Shown piece after piece: positions 1 through 62,829 of a stretch of DNA of 64,000 nucleotides. How positions within the stretch are numbered: the first letter of the stretch is position 1; every line of letters starts with the position of its first letter. The translations under genes were made by a program, and so were the position numbers. The DNA lies in contig NC_057718.1 in assembly GCF_004010195.1 (NCBI RefSeq), positions 33,491,968 through 33,555,967 of the forward strand, written 5' to 3'. Origin of the DNA: Chiloscyllium plagiosum (taxonomy: Eukaryota). The notes below the pieces were generated by a model. The model was not told where the DNA came from and did not search any database. It was given only the letters and a program-made list of their open reading frames with translations.

Positions 1-580
1 TTGAGTTTTTTGAAGTAACAAAGAAGATTGATGAGGGCAGAGCAGTAGATGTGATCTATATCAGTAAGGCGTTCAACAAGGTTCCCCATGGGAGACTGAT
101 TAGCAAGGTTAGAGCTCATGGAATAAAGGGAGAACTAGCCATTTGGATACAGAACTGGCTCAAAGGTAGAAGACAGAGGGTGGTGGTGGAGGGTTGTTTT
201 TCAGACTGGAGGCCTGTGGCCAGTGGAGTGCCACAAGGATCGGTGCTGGGTCCTCTACTTTTTGTTATTTACATAAATAATTTGGATGTGAGCATAAAAA
301 GTACAGTTAGTAAGTTATAAAAGAGACCTAAGGGGCAACTTTTTCACGCAGAGGGTGGTACGTGTATGGAATGAGCTGCCAGAGGATGTGGTGGAGGCTG
401 GTACAATTGCAACATTTAAGAGGCATTTGGATGGGTATATGAATAGGAAGGGTTTGGAGGGATATGGGCCGGGTGCTGGCAAGTGGGACTAAATTGGGTT
501 GGGATATCTGGTCAGTGTGGACAAGTTGGACCGAAGGGTCTGTTTCCATGCTGTACATCTCTATGACTCTATCTATGACT
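1..580 (+). mobile_element. CR1-type LINE fragment: RT region fused by an internal deletion (about 316) to the 3' end
   Basis: SKAFNKVPH...[19 protein letters not shown]; 3' UTR ending in ctatgact repeats, shared with the copies at 24.8 kb and 36.5 kb. Confidence 0.92.
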
Positions 581-582
581 AT

Positions 583-740
583 GGGCAATTTACCGTGGCC
601 AATCCACCTGACCTATATTTGGGCTATGGGAGGAAAATGGAGCAGTCATATAAGCCCATACAGATATCGGGAGAATGTGCAAACTCCACACAGTCACAGG
701 AGGGTGGAATCGAGTGTTGTAAGGCAGCACTGAGCAGCTG
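583..740 (-). mobile_element. Partial tRNA-derived SINE (HE1-like)
   Basis: Reverse complement of the body of the full copy at 22737-23053. Confidence 0.75.
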
Positions 741-2863
741 TGATAGAGAAAACTTCTCCCAGCTGCTGAATGATGTGAGCTGTGATGAGTCAATTGGGAA
801 AATATGGCAAAATTGAGAAAAAGATTTTCAACAATGAGGGGAAAATGTTCCAATTTTCCACCTGTTTGAATAGTGAACAGTGAGACCCCTCTATACATGC
901 ATTACTATCTCATCATTACCTTTTTTTGCCTATACACAGTTTATTGTTCTCTCATGTAGTGGATACTCTAAACAGTGATTATTCCCGAAAGTTAAAGTTA
1001 AAATTTTCAACTTGCTCCTCAAGGCCTTCATTTGATCAGAAGTTTCCAATACTTTAGCGTACCCTCCGTGAGTAGTGAAAATACTTAGCTCACTAATCAG
1101 TATCCATTCAGAGAATAGATGAATGATTGATAGATAAATGATTCAGTTACAATATTTTATGGTACGGAAGACATCTACATATCTGCCAACTCAGGAGAGA
1201 CAAGCCTCAAGCCCTATCCACTCTTTCCATGGAGATTGGCATCAGACACACACTAGCCTCACCATATGATTATAACATAAATCCAATTTATAATAGTATT
1301 CCACTTCAATAGTGGAGGACCTTGATACCTTTCACGTATTGCTGCTGTCAGGCTACTTTGTACACAGGAAGAGGCATCAATTGAAACAAGATGTGTGTCA
1401 GGGTTCTTTGCTTGCTTTCTAAGCATTCATTCCCTTTGCATGTTGCATGTCCACACCATCTTTGATTTGCCTTTATTTTCTTGCCTTTTTCCATTTTGCT
1501 ACCTCATTCAGAACTTACAGGTTCTCAGCATTTCTCCTGTTGGCATGCCTTTTAGTGCAGATGCAAAGTCAGCCAGTTTGTCATGGTTGTCAGCAGTGAT
1601 CAGTCAAGGGGATAATAATGTTGCTATGTGGCACCATTCTATGTCAATATCACACCTACAGCATGTGTCACCAGCTGACACAGCAATCATACTGAATATG
1701 CTTCAACCAAATGGAAACGTTTTAAAGTCTAATGGGAGTAGTCTCAGTTATGTCAAGGGAAATTGTTGTCAGTTATGGGTTTCCACCACAGTCAGCCAAG
1801 GACAGTGTCCACTCTCGGTCCTAGGGCTTCAACAAGGGCAGTCAGCCACTTGGGGTCATTTGGGTAAAGGGCTCTGCATCATGGCAGTCCAGAGAGTGGG
1901 CCACAGCTCAGTCTTGTTGGTCCACTGCAATCAGTCAGGGATTAGTGATAAATCAATCAAAAAGCTGCACACACATCTGACAAGAATCATTAGCTCGTGC
2001 TGTCCCTCCAAGTTGGTAAGGGCATGGGACAAGGTCAGTCCTTGGGGGTCTACTCACTGAAAGTGAAAGTGGGTTATCAATGGCCACAACTGTGGTAGGA
2101 AATATAGGGAGTTCAGTTATGGGGTTTGGAGGCTGTCTCCTAGGATGCAAAAGTGACAATATTGTTATGTGGAAATTTAAAATCTAAAGGTGAGAGACGA
2201 CAATCCATTGAGGACATGGGTTATTCTTCTGGGCCTTCTTCTGTTTGAGAGTACAGATCATCATGAGCATGGTACCATTAAAGGCATGCATACATATGAA
2301 ATGAGCAGTAGAGGCTTCCTCCCAATTAATTTCATCTCACCATGTCAACTTATCCTTCTATCCCTTTCTCTCTCATCTTCTTATATAGCTTCTCCCTCAA
2401 TGAGTTTATGTTAATTGCCTCACTCATTCCATTTGACATCAAATTTTATGTTTTTATTACTCTCTGAGGATAGAGGTTTCTCTTGAATTCTCTATTGTAC
2501 TTATTGCTGACTGTCTTATATTTAAAGCTGCTAGTTTTGGACGCCTTCCTAAATAAAAATCATAACTTTTGTGTGTGCACTGTATAAGTGCTTACTAGAT
2601 GGACAATAATGGGTTTTTATTCAATTTTCTATTGCAATTTTGATTTATTCAACTCAAATTTCATGCAGCAGAACTGAATGTAATACAGCTTACAGCATGC
2701 CTTGATCAATATTAATCTTAAGAAATTATTAAACACATGAGGTTGATAAGATTTGAAAGAGATCGTGAAATATTTTAAAATCTATACTTTTTTCAGTCTT
2801 TGAAGTGGGCTTTTCTGGTCTAAAACATAGCTGCTAAAAGTGCATGATGTAAGTAGTTTTACT

Positions 2864-3268
2864 GTTGTTGCTGGGAATGGAGGGTTTGAGTTATACAAAT
2901 AGGCTGGGACTTCTTTCACCGGAGTGTAGGAGGTTGAGGGGTGACCTTATAGTGGTTTATAAAATCACGAGGAGCATAAATAAGATGAATAGCGAAGGTC
3001 TTTTCCCTAAGGTGGGAGAGTTTAAAACTAGGGGGCATATTTTTAAGGTGTTAGTGGTATGTGGATGTATTGAACTGCCAGAGAAAGTGGTGGATGCAGG
3101 TACAGTTACAATGTTTAAAAGACATATGGATAGTTACATGAATAGGAAAAGTTTGGAGGGATATGGGCCAAGTGCAGGCAGCTGGGACTAGTTTAGTTTG
3201 GGAACATGGTCAGTATGGACTAGTTGGACCAAAGGGTTTGTTTCCATGCTGTATGATGCTTTGACTAT
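2864..3268 (+). mobile_element. CR1 LINE 3' fragment
   Basis: RRLRGDLIVVYKI...TRGH..K; CR1 3' UTR. Confidence 0.9.
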
Positions 3269-4285
3269 AATTCTGTAAAGTTTCAATCAGCAAATACTTG
3301 GACAAAGCTTAGGCACCATCCTCCTGGAATCTCACAGCACTGCATTGTATGGATTTTGCAATCAACAAATACAACAGAACAAGACTGCTAACATATGTCA
3401 TCAAAACTCATTCTTGCTGCAAATATTCCAGCCCAGGTAAGCCTCCTTTGAAAGTTCTTAGACTTTATCTTCAACTGAAAAGTGAATTAAGTATTTATAC
3501 ACCAACCTCATATTGCTGTGTCTTTGTTAATTTTGCTAACTTCTGCCTCAGCTAGCTAAATCTGTTTAAATGTTTGTGCAAGACAGATCCTTCACTGGAC
3601 ATAAACTTGCTGTAGTTTAAAAATCAATTAATGTTTTCTGTAAGTTTGTATTTTAAAACATTTTTCTTCATTGTAAGCTCTTTCCTTTCCTTTTTCTTCC
3701 TTCTATGCTTGTGTAGGTTTTGCGACAACCATCCCTTGAGTTTGACTGCATGAATAAACCATGCTTCTAATTTAACCCAGAGGGAGTTTGTTGTGTGTCT
3801 GTTTAAAAATTGGACTTCAAGAACAGGATTTCAGGAAACACACCACAGCCAGTTTCAAAAGAAATAAAAAGATCCTTGCCTACAGACAGAGAGAAAAATA
3901 AAATTGTTCAATTTACCTCTCTCCCCTATCTGTATCAGAAATTGAGATTCAAGTCTGTCATTTATCCACAAGAAATGAGTCAAAATCAGAGCAGAGTCCA
4001 GATTTAAGAAATAAGCTTAATCAGTTACTAAAATAAATCAATTGAAAGTCAAGAAGGAAAATTCAGTAGTTGTAATGATCTTTAAAACAAATAACCAATT
4101 GCAACAATTTCTGGGTTGCAATGTTCATATATACTTGGTCAATACTATCAACATAATCATGGGCTGAAAAAAATTAGTTTGTTTGAGAAAGCTGTATCTT
4201 TCACATATCATGGTATAATCTACCTTACTAGGGGTTCCACCACTTAATGTTATCTCCTCCTTTGTTCAACTTATATTCTACTTTT

Positions 4286-4500
4286 AGGGGGTTCAGTTAG
4301 CTCAGGCTGGTTTGTAATATAGACTGATATAGCATGGGCTCAATTCCCATGCTGGCTGAAGTTATCATGATGGACTGTCTTTCTTAACCTTTTCCCTCGC
4401 TGAAGTGTGGTGACCCCTCAGGTTAAACTACTACCAGCCATTTCTCTGTAATGGGAAAGTAGCCTCTTGGTCTAGTAAGACTAAGGTAACTTTACCTTTA
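4286..4500 (+). mobile_element. Degenerate tRNA-head SINE-like element
   Basis: A-box-like tagctcag and B-box-like ggctcaattccc; tail ending ctttaccttta. Confidence 0.45.
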
Positions 4501-7189
4501 TTCTATTTGTATCAATAACTAATTCCCTTCACTTAATCTGAAAGAAAACTTTTGCAAGATCTTTTTATAATTACAGCATGATAGATCCTCACTTCAATAA
4601 TGTTCACTTGAGTAATCCAGCTCAGCTAGCAAACCTCAAGATTATTCCCAAACTTGGAAAACTCCTCCCTGATGATGGTTAATTCATGATGAAGGTTGAC
4701 TTGAGCAAGATACCGGCATGTCCAAATCATATACAAAGATTGTTATCCTTGCTATTTTCACCTCTGCTGTATGTTAGCCTATGCAAATAAGTTAACAGGG
4801 TAGTTGAAGGGCTCACTATCTATTCTCTTGCCTCTTACCCAATGACCTGGAAGTATTAATTGCAACCCCTGTTCACTAGCCTCACTCTGCTAACCCTATA
4901 GTATCATTGACACAGAAGGAGGCTATTTGATCCACTGTGTGACTGATAGCTCTTTGAAAGAATATCCAATTAGTTCAAATCCCTGGTCCCTTTATCATAG
5001 TTTTCCTTTACAAGTTTAATACAATTACTTTTGAAGTGTTTTCTTTAATATGCTGTCAGCATCCTTTCAGGCAATATATCCCAAACTATAATTACTTGCT
5101 GAACAATAATTCTCCTAATCTTGCCTTTGCTTTTTCCCCCACTTATTGTTACTTTTCATTCACTCTTATGAGTACCCAACATCTTCTCGGTCAGGGATTA
5201 ACATATTCAGTCAGTCCTACTCATTAATTCTCCTCTACTTATAATTGCCAGACACCTACCTGCAGCTCGTGTCTTCTATTCAGTTTATTTGGCACAACCT
5301 TTTCTCCACTGAACAGACAAACCCCTCACCTCTGCTCCCCAAATACAGACCCTTTGTTCTCGGTAGCAGATTAGGCTTAATCTTTAGCAAGTCCCTAATT
5401 ATTCTACTTGGAGTCGTTCAACATCTTTAACTTTTGCAATGACTTTTATTTTTGAAATGAGTTATATTTTGATTGAATATACTGAATCAGTTTCAAAAGT
5501 AATCTTGTTTATTGTGTGGTCCATAGTACCACAGACCGTTTTTGAAACAGGAGTTATCCAGTTGCTTGCGTATTAACATCACATCTTAATTTATGTTCTA
5601 ACTAGTGTTTTCATTTGGTAATACTTCAAGAGCTTTAAGAGTTACAGGCAAAAAAATCATTAGAAGTTGTTACTTTCAAATTAAGTAATCAACAGACTGG
5701 AAATTGGAAAGGTACATGTTTGAAACCAATGATGTGGAGAATGGTGTCAGATTGAATATCAGTTAAACTATTGTTGAAAATCAGGTCCTCTATCCTAATA
5801 GGTGTATAACTTAGCAAATTTACAAATTATGATTCCATATATCTTTACCAAAAATGCTGATGAACATGGTGTATGACATTTTAATATACTGTGTGACATA
5901 CAAGACTGCTATACTATCTCTATGCACATATTAACTAACAGCATATTAAAGACAAGTGCCAACCATTTTAAATGTAGCAGTGCATTATTTATTAAATGTT
6001 AGATAACTCAGTGAAATGATCAGTTTGTATTCTCATTCTTATAGCAAAATAAATAATTGAATATTAGCTGTGTATTAAATAGGAAAAAGACTAAAAATAG
6101 TTTTAATGGCATGTCACATATTAAAACAATACAACTGTGTGGAGATGTATACCAGATCATCTCACACTTACTTAGTTATTACAATTATCCATGTAACAAA
6201 CATTTTAAAACAGTGTAGATCATTTTGCTAATTTTTAAAAATAGACAAAGATATATATAAACAAGCTTGTGAACAAGTAATAACTACATTGTTACAGAAG
6301 CTTATCTTGCAATATTCCAAGTGAACCTTGACTTACTATGACACAGCAAACATTAACATTTTATGTGCATTAAACATGATACATCAGCCGTCACATAATA
6401 TACAATCTCCTTACAGAACATGTCTCAAATGTTTGAAGTTCCACAATATCAAATTCCTCAAAGCCAATGATTCATTATCAAAAAAGGGGAATCCTGATTT
6501 AAGGTAACAATGCATTGCAAGGAAAATAATAGAAATGTGTGACTGTTAAGGTGGAAGAGTTTGATCTGAACTTGTAGGTTAAAAATTTTTTATGAATTTT
6601 CTTCCCTTAAATGAAGAGGTCTGGTCACACAATTATAAACTCTTCTCAGCATCCTAAATATATTTATCCGTGATAAAATTATTATAACATACCTGAAAAC
6701 AGATTGGCTGCCGTTATGTAATATATCCTGGAATACACTTCACGGGAAAGAAAAATATGCAACTGGCAAAATGCCTTTAAAAACACGGTCCAAAACAACT
6801 CATACGATCGTGATAAAGCTGAATCTTGATTTACTTGTCAGAAAACGTGCATGCTTCGATTCCCACCTTTCAATTTAATTTATGTTCGGTAACTTGAATA
6901 ATTCTGTGAATTTATGTAAATAATGGTTTCCAAAAAAACCCACTTTCCGATAAAGGTGCGGCATATTTATTTTTTCACTTTTAAAAACATATTTAAATAC
7001 GATATATTTTTATAATACGAACAATCATGTCTTTTGGCACGATAAAATGGTATTTCTGTTCATTACTGTTCATTTTACATGTACACTCACTGTTAAAAGG
7101 TCACAAACATGGACAATCTCCTCGACCAGCATTTTGTTGGTCATTGTTCCTAAATCTTTCAAAATAAAAACCTAATCAAGAGGCTTGCT

Positions 7190-7650
7190 CAGTCCTTACC
7201 AGCCTGACGTGTCACAAGAAACAACATTCAGAAAACTTGCATGAACACTATGTATGCTGACAAATGTAGCTGAAGTGTAGCAATTTGGGTTGATTCAAAA
7301 GTACAGTCCATAAGTAGCAACTTACAAATAATTATTCTGAACGATACCGAGGGGAAGCAACAATAAAAAAAATTTATAAAGAACGAGAACGACATTGGAT
7401 GGTCCCGGAAATGAAAACATTGTGACGTGTTATCTATTTGCTTCCATGGTCTCTGCGGCCAGCTAACGCTGACCATGCTTTTCATTGCGAGACAAAGCAG
7501 CAGGGGGCGAATGGCTAGAATTATTTAAAGATAGTCCGCGCTTCGTGGAGCAATTGCTATGAGTCATAAATGAAGACTTTCTGACGTGGCAAATAAAAAG
7601 GAGAAAGGCACGGAAAGCACAAAATCCAAGTTTATTGGATCCTTGTCTGA
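7190..7650 (-). promoter_or_regulatory. CpG-enriched promoter-like region, probably of the gene downstream of PLEKHH2
   Basis: About 15 CpG in 7330-7620 against a CpG-depleted background. TGACGTG at 7205, 7423 and 7582 (TGACGTGGCA); ATGAGTCAT 7559-7567; ATTGG at 7394 and 7634; CCGGAA about 7405; TTTATAAA 7373-7380; minus-strand donors GTAAGT (7325) and G|GTAAGG (7200/7199). Confidence 0.6.
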
Positions 7651-7663
7651 AAGTTGTTGTATT

Positions 7664-9920
7664 TTTAAAAAATATACTTTATTCATAAAAATCTTATATA
7701 CATAGTCACTGAAGCAGTCCTATACTGTAGCTTATGAAGATACACAAATATTGGACATTGACTCTAAACAACAAGCAAACCAAAGATATTTTCTTACGTG
7801 TACAAGACTGTATTTACATACTTTTGAGGCTCAGGGCGAAGGTCTGATAACTGAACAGACCCCCACTTAACTTCGGCAGAAAGACCTATCTTTCCAAATA
7901 CACCTTGGTGGCTGCTACCCCAAGCTTTAGTGCATCCCTCAGCATGTAGTCCTGGACCCTGGAATATGCCAGTCTGCAACACTTGGTTGAGGTCCACTCC
8001 TTGCTCTGGAAGACCAACAAGTTTTGGGCAGACAAAAGAGTGTCTTTTACTGAGTTGATGGTCCTCCAGCTGCAGATGATGTTTGGTTTGGTATGCATTT
8101 TGGGGAATGGACTGTGGAGCAGTGTTTAGTGGACAGTGTGTGGGTAAGTGTGATCCCAGTGCAGGATGTTTAATGGGAACGAACTGTGGAACAGACTCTG
8201 CATCACAGACAGTTGCTTAGGACAAAAACTACTGATCTTTCTCGAGACTTTCTTTGCAAAGGCACTTTCCATCTGATGTTTGACAGTCTCTTCACCAACC
8301 GCTTCAAGGGCAGCGTGTGGTGGTGCAGAGTCTGGGCAGAAATAAAGGATCTCACAGGTAATGCCCTCACCACCACCAAGCAAGGTCTTGGTGCTTGTTG
8401 GAAAGTTCTGATAATGAGGCATTCTGCCAAATGACTTTGACAGTCTGCTCAGGTAACAGCCTGACAGGATCCACTCTCTCATTTTCCCACAGGCTCTCAA
8501 GGATGCTGCATGCTGACCACTTCTTGATGGACTTGTGGTCAAAGGTGTTTTTGTTTATAAATGTCCCCATGAAGGACAGGTGATATGGAATGGTCCAAAT
8601 AGTTGGTGTGTTTTGCGGCATCAAGGCCAGACCCATCCTATGCAACATCAGAGACAGGTATACCTTAGTACGTAGTGATGCTTAGTATTTGCGTACCGCG
8701 GGCCTACGCACATCTTGATGCAGCTACACACAAAGATAGTGTGGGATATAGGTAAATTAATGTTTCTTCTGCAGTTCTGTAATTCTGCAATTATAATTTC
8801 TGATACAAAGTAAATGAACTCACATCAGTGTGTGGTTGTTTCGGCCGGGAGCTGAGTCAACAAGAATGGAAACTATGTGGAGGAAATATATAATTGTTTT
8901 TGTATTAGCTAAAGTTGTATGCCAGCGTGAAACGTGATTGCATAACAATGGTAGACATTATGGGCAAATAGATAAGATGTTGTGAGGGGATGAAGTTAGG
9001 CCAGATTCGCCTGTACAAACATCGGTTTCCCACTTTTACAGAGACACAGGAACAAACTCTAATTAAAGAGGTCATAGGGATCAGAGTGGCTTCGGGAGAA
9101 GCCCAAATGGAAAGAGTAGATACTGATGAAGAAAGAATATGTCTAACAATGACCTGCAGTGGGATGAGGTCAACGGCCTTGTGAGGCCAGAAATAAGCAT
9201 TTTGTCACAGACAAGGCCGGATAAGATAAGAGATAAGCAGGAGTGGTGGGACCAGTCTTAGGGAAATGGAGGATGTAAACAGGGGGAGAAAGAATGAAAT
9301 AAGAAAAATATGTAAGAACCAAATTATATAAATATCGAGAGTTTGTTGAATTTGGTGTGTATGTCCTCTGCCTTGCCTGGCACTGGACATTACACCCACT
9401 TGCAAGTGTAAAAATAAAGGACACTACTGATTCAGATTTTGTCTCGGACTGCAATTATTGAAGTGTGTGAGCTTTGTTTCTCACAGTAGCCATCAGGATG
9501 AGGATGGGTTGGGTACATTCTTACCCCCCCCCGCCCCACCCCCAAATAGTGCTTTGTACATGGTGTCCCTGAGGACATGGCTCATCTTAGATCTCCAGAT
9601 GAAATGGAAGATGGCTTTGGTGACTGTAACAGTGCACGTTCTGAGAATGGGCCAGACCTGCGCCAGGTACAACAGAGTACCTCACACCTGATGACCATGT
9701 TCTTATCCGTATTGGAGAGCCAGCGGTGCTCTGAAAAGCCCAGTTTCTGCCTCACCTTCGTGATATACTCCTCCCAAGTTTTTATGCATGACCTCACTCC
9801 TCCAAACCGTATTCCCAGCACCTTCAGGTAACCTGTCCTGATGGTGAAGGGGATAAAGGTTTGCTTAGCCCAGTTCCCAAAGAACATGGCCTTGTTCTTA
9901 CTTCAATTTACCTTGGCTCT
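7664..9920 (-). mobile_element. Tx1/L1-clade non-LTR retrotransposon 3' portion, decayed and interrupted by a solo LTR
   Basis: ORF2-like peptides YLKVLGIRFGG...KNMVIRCEVL, LSNKHQDLAW, RALPVRSF, INSVKDTL...RVQDYMLRDALKLG; minus-strand AATAAA and A/T-rich end near 7670-7685. Confidence 0.8.
8740..9485 (+). mobile_element. Solo LTR (746 bp), ERV- or Gypsy-derived
   Basis: TGTGGGATA...TTTCTCACA inverted termini; 4-bp TSD atag/gtag (1 mismatch); TATATAAA about 9325; AATAAA about 9413; Tx1 sequence resumes on both sides. Confidence 0.8.
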
Positions 9921-10181
9921 CAATTTCCATGACACTGACCATCATTGGAACTCCCAATTTTGAGGCTATAACCTGTAGTTGAGCTGCGAAATGGCCCCTA
10001 AATGATATTCATAGATACTGATACTTGGGAATATTCTCAGGTACCTGCAATTACTTCCGAGAGACCTATTCAGCTGGTCGAGCAATTTTTTAGTCAAGAA
10101 ATAAAAAAAAAACACTGCAAGATTTGGAAAACCCTTCTTTCTACTGACCAAGTGTCTTGGAAAAAACAAATCAAGACTAGT

Positions 10182-10194
10182 GTTGCTAGGCAAC
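10182..10194. promoter_or_regulatory. Perfect RFX X-box GTTGCTAGGCAAC
   Basis: Exact 13-bp inverted-repeat RFX/EF-C type site; function not shown. Confidence 0.45.
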
Positions 10195-10399
10195 CTTCAG
10201 ACATAGGCCCTTTTTCTTTCAAGCCAAGTTTGTTCATCAACTAAACGTGATTTGTTACTTTTCTTAAAAGCTTTGCTATCTCTTTTTCAAAGTTAATTGA
10301 ATTTTCAATAATTAGCAAGTGAATCACAACACACATTACACACTTATTTATATTTCAAAACACATTGGTTGTTTCAATTTGCCTGCTGTTATCACCCAC

Positions 10400-10600
10400 C
10401 CTAACCTAATTCCTCAGATGTCGCTGCATTCTTTTCTCTCAAGTCAAATCCTGATCTACTGAAACTTGCTAACAAGAAGATTACAGTTGTTGTCTGGTGA
10501 ATTAAACTCTGCCTTGCAAAGGCTGAACACCAACTCTCCAAGTCTTCCTCCTCTGTCCTCTAGGACAATGACCTTACTGCCGAGCATCATGCCATTGTTT
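10400..10600 (+). mobile_element. Old Penelope-like element ORF remnant (pre-RT DKG region)
   Basis: KLANKKITVVVW*IKLCLAKAEHQLSKSSS..DNDLTAEH resembles the PLE K.ADKG.AVVVW...AE.QLSD motif. Confidence 0.55.
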
Positions 10601-12039
10601 TCTGACCTCAACAAAGAGATATGCATTAAGAATCCTGTCAGAAAGTGTACAGTTAATGTCAAGGAGCATAGAGAAGTCCAGCATTTGTTCAGCAAAGAGC
10701 TTTGCAGAGTACGAAGGTTATTTTTTCCAACATGGGAATATTAGATAAATCAATTTGCCCACTTTTGGACCCAAATATATAGTAGATTCTGATTGGTGGT
10801 GTGCAGCTTCCACTGCAGTACCAACATCTCAGTAAAAGATCAGATTACAATTCAGTTTTTTGCCATCTTAAGCTGTGGACAGGGTTTTACAGTAATTTAT
10901 CCTCTGATTACTCTGTTGTTATCTTGTCTCGTGAAAGTAGCATGTGTCTTCCCACCATTACCATTCTGCAAATGCTTTTATTGTTGCCCATCAGCCAGCC
11001 AGCATTTATGGACTGTCACTACCCCTGCCAAGATAAAGTCCACAATGGTGTTTGGGAGCTGCTCAAGGCTGTATTTCAAGACCAGCTGTAGTCTTCTCGA
11101 CTGAAAATCAGCAGTTTTCCACCAGCCATGGACAACGCTGTTTTGAAGATTGATGACAGGCAAGGATGCCCAGAATGCAGAGGGGAAAAAAAAAGGAGTG
11201 TACAAGGATGAATGAATTGTTTACTACTGTGTGCAATATGATACAATTTTATTTAGGAATCTGGTTTGGTGTATTTATTTGGGGTGGAAATGCTGGACAG
11301 ATAAGCCATTTAGACTTGAAAAATGACCAAGTAGCTTCCTTAGAGAGAACTTTATATTGGTATAAAAATGTACCTCTTTGGACAACTTCAAGCTGTGACA
11401 TTATGATTACATTTAAAAAAATTAATGATGTCAGATTGTTCTTCTTCACAATGGTGAATCATGGAGAGATTCTAGATAGCTTAATAGGAGCATAAATTCT
11501 GGAATAATTTAAGAAATATTTGGATTCTGCAGAGATGGAATTCTAGGGCCATATAGGATAAACTAAGTGAATTATCTTTCTCATCTGTAGTATCTCATGC
11601 CTTAGAAAACCTACAATCCCTGTGCTTTGAACATAGTCTCAGTCTTGTTGCATGATAATTTGTGTCCAGGACAGGAAGGTTAGTGGTTGGCGATGTACGT
11701 TATAAAAATTACATAATTATTCACCAATATCAATAAAATTGTTAAATAGAGATAGGGTTTACAGTTTGGGATGAAAATGTAGAAATTTAAAAATGTTACA
11801 GTACTTGAAAAATTATCACAAGTAAATAATAAGGAAAAATTGCTTATGAGGAAGTTGTACCTCAATTGATTAAATAACCTATCAAATTACAATGACAGTT
11901 CTGCTACAAAACATAGGAAATAATATACATTTGATTAAAATTAAAACCATATGTTCAGACAGAGCAAGCCTATTGTTTATTTTCAATGAGAGCATGAACT
12001 GTTTCAGAGGTCACAACCAAAAGTATATGACTCTCAGTA

Positions 12040-12203
12040 CAGAGGAATCTCAATTATCCAAATGACATGAGCGGGAAGTGTTTTGTCAGATAATTGAATG
12101 TTTGGATAATTGAATGCCTGATACTCAAGCATCAGGACCATGTGATCTTGCTGGATAATCCAAAATTCGGATAATCAAATGCCGGATAATCGAGGTTCCT
12201 CTG
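12040..12203. mobile_element. Tc1/mariner (Tigger/pogo-like) MITE, 164 bp
   Basis: TIRs CAGAGGAATCTCAATTATCC / GGATAATCGAGGTTCCTCTG, with TA on both sides (12038-39, 12204-05). Confidence 0.85.
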
Positions 12204-12452
12204 TAGTAGGTAGTCCTTTGACCAGGAGAACTTGAATCCCAGTTATTTGACATAACTCTATAAATGTTTTGCTATTCATTCGCTTGAACTACTTCTGTTA
12301 TCCTGCATGACACAATGGGAACTTACTGAAATTGATTTAAAATTTCAGATATGCATGTTTGGTGAGTTGCACACAAACCTCAAATTGTTTTTCTCGGCAC
12401 AGGTAAGGACACATTTTAACATTGTGTAGCAAATATTTCAACACTTAAACTA

Positions 12453-62829
<50,377 letters not shown>

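Noticed and set aside
3310..3940. Possible LTR-like segment (AATAAA, CA-like end)
   Set aside because: I could not define termini or a TSD.
4573..4778. Possible minus-strand exon (catag| ... |gtgagg)
   Set aside because: No recognisable reading frame; such splice-like sites arise by chance.
7228..7485. 85-aa minus-strand ORF in the promoter region
   Set aside because: Low-complexity F/I-rich translation crossing promoter motifs, with no similarity to DYNC2LI1 or anything I recognise.
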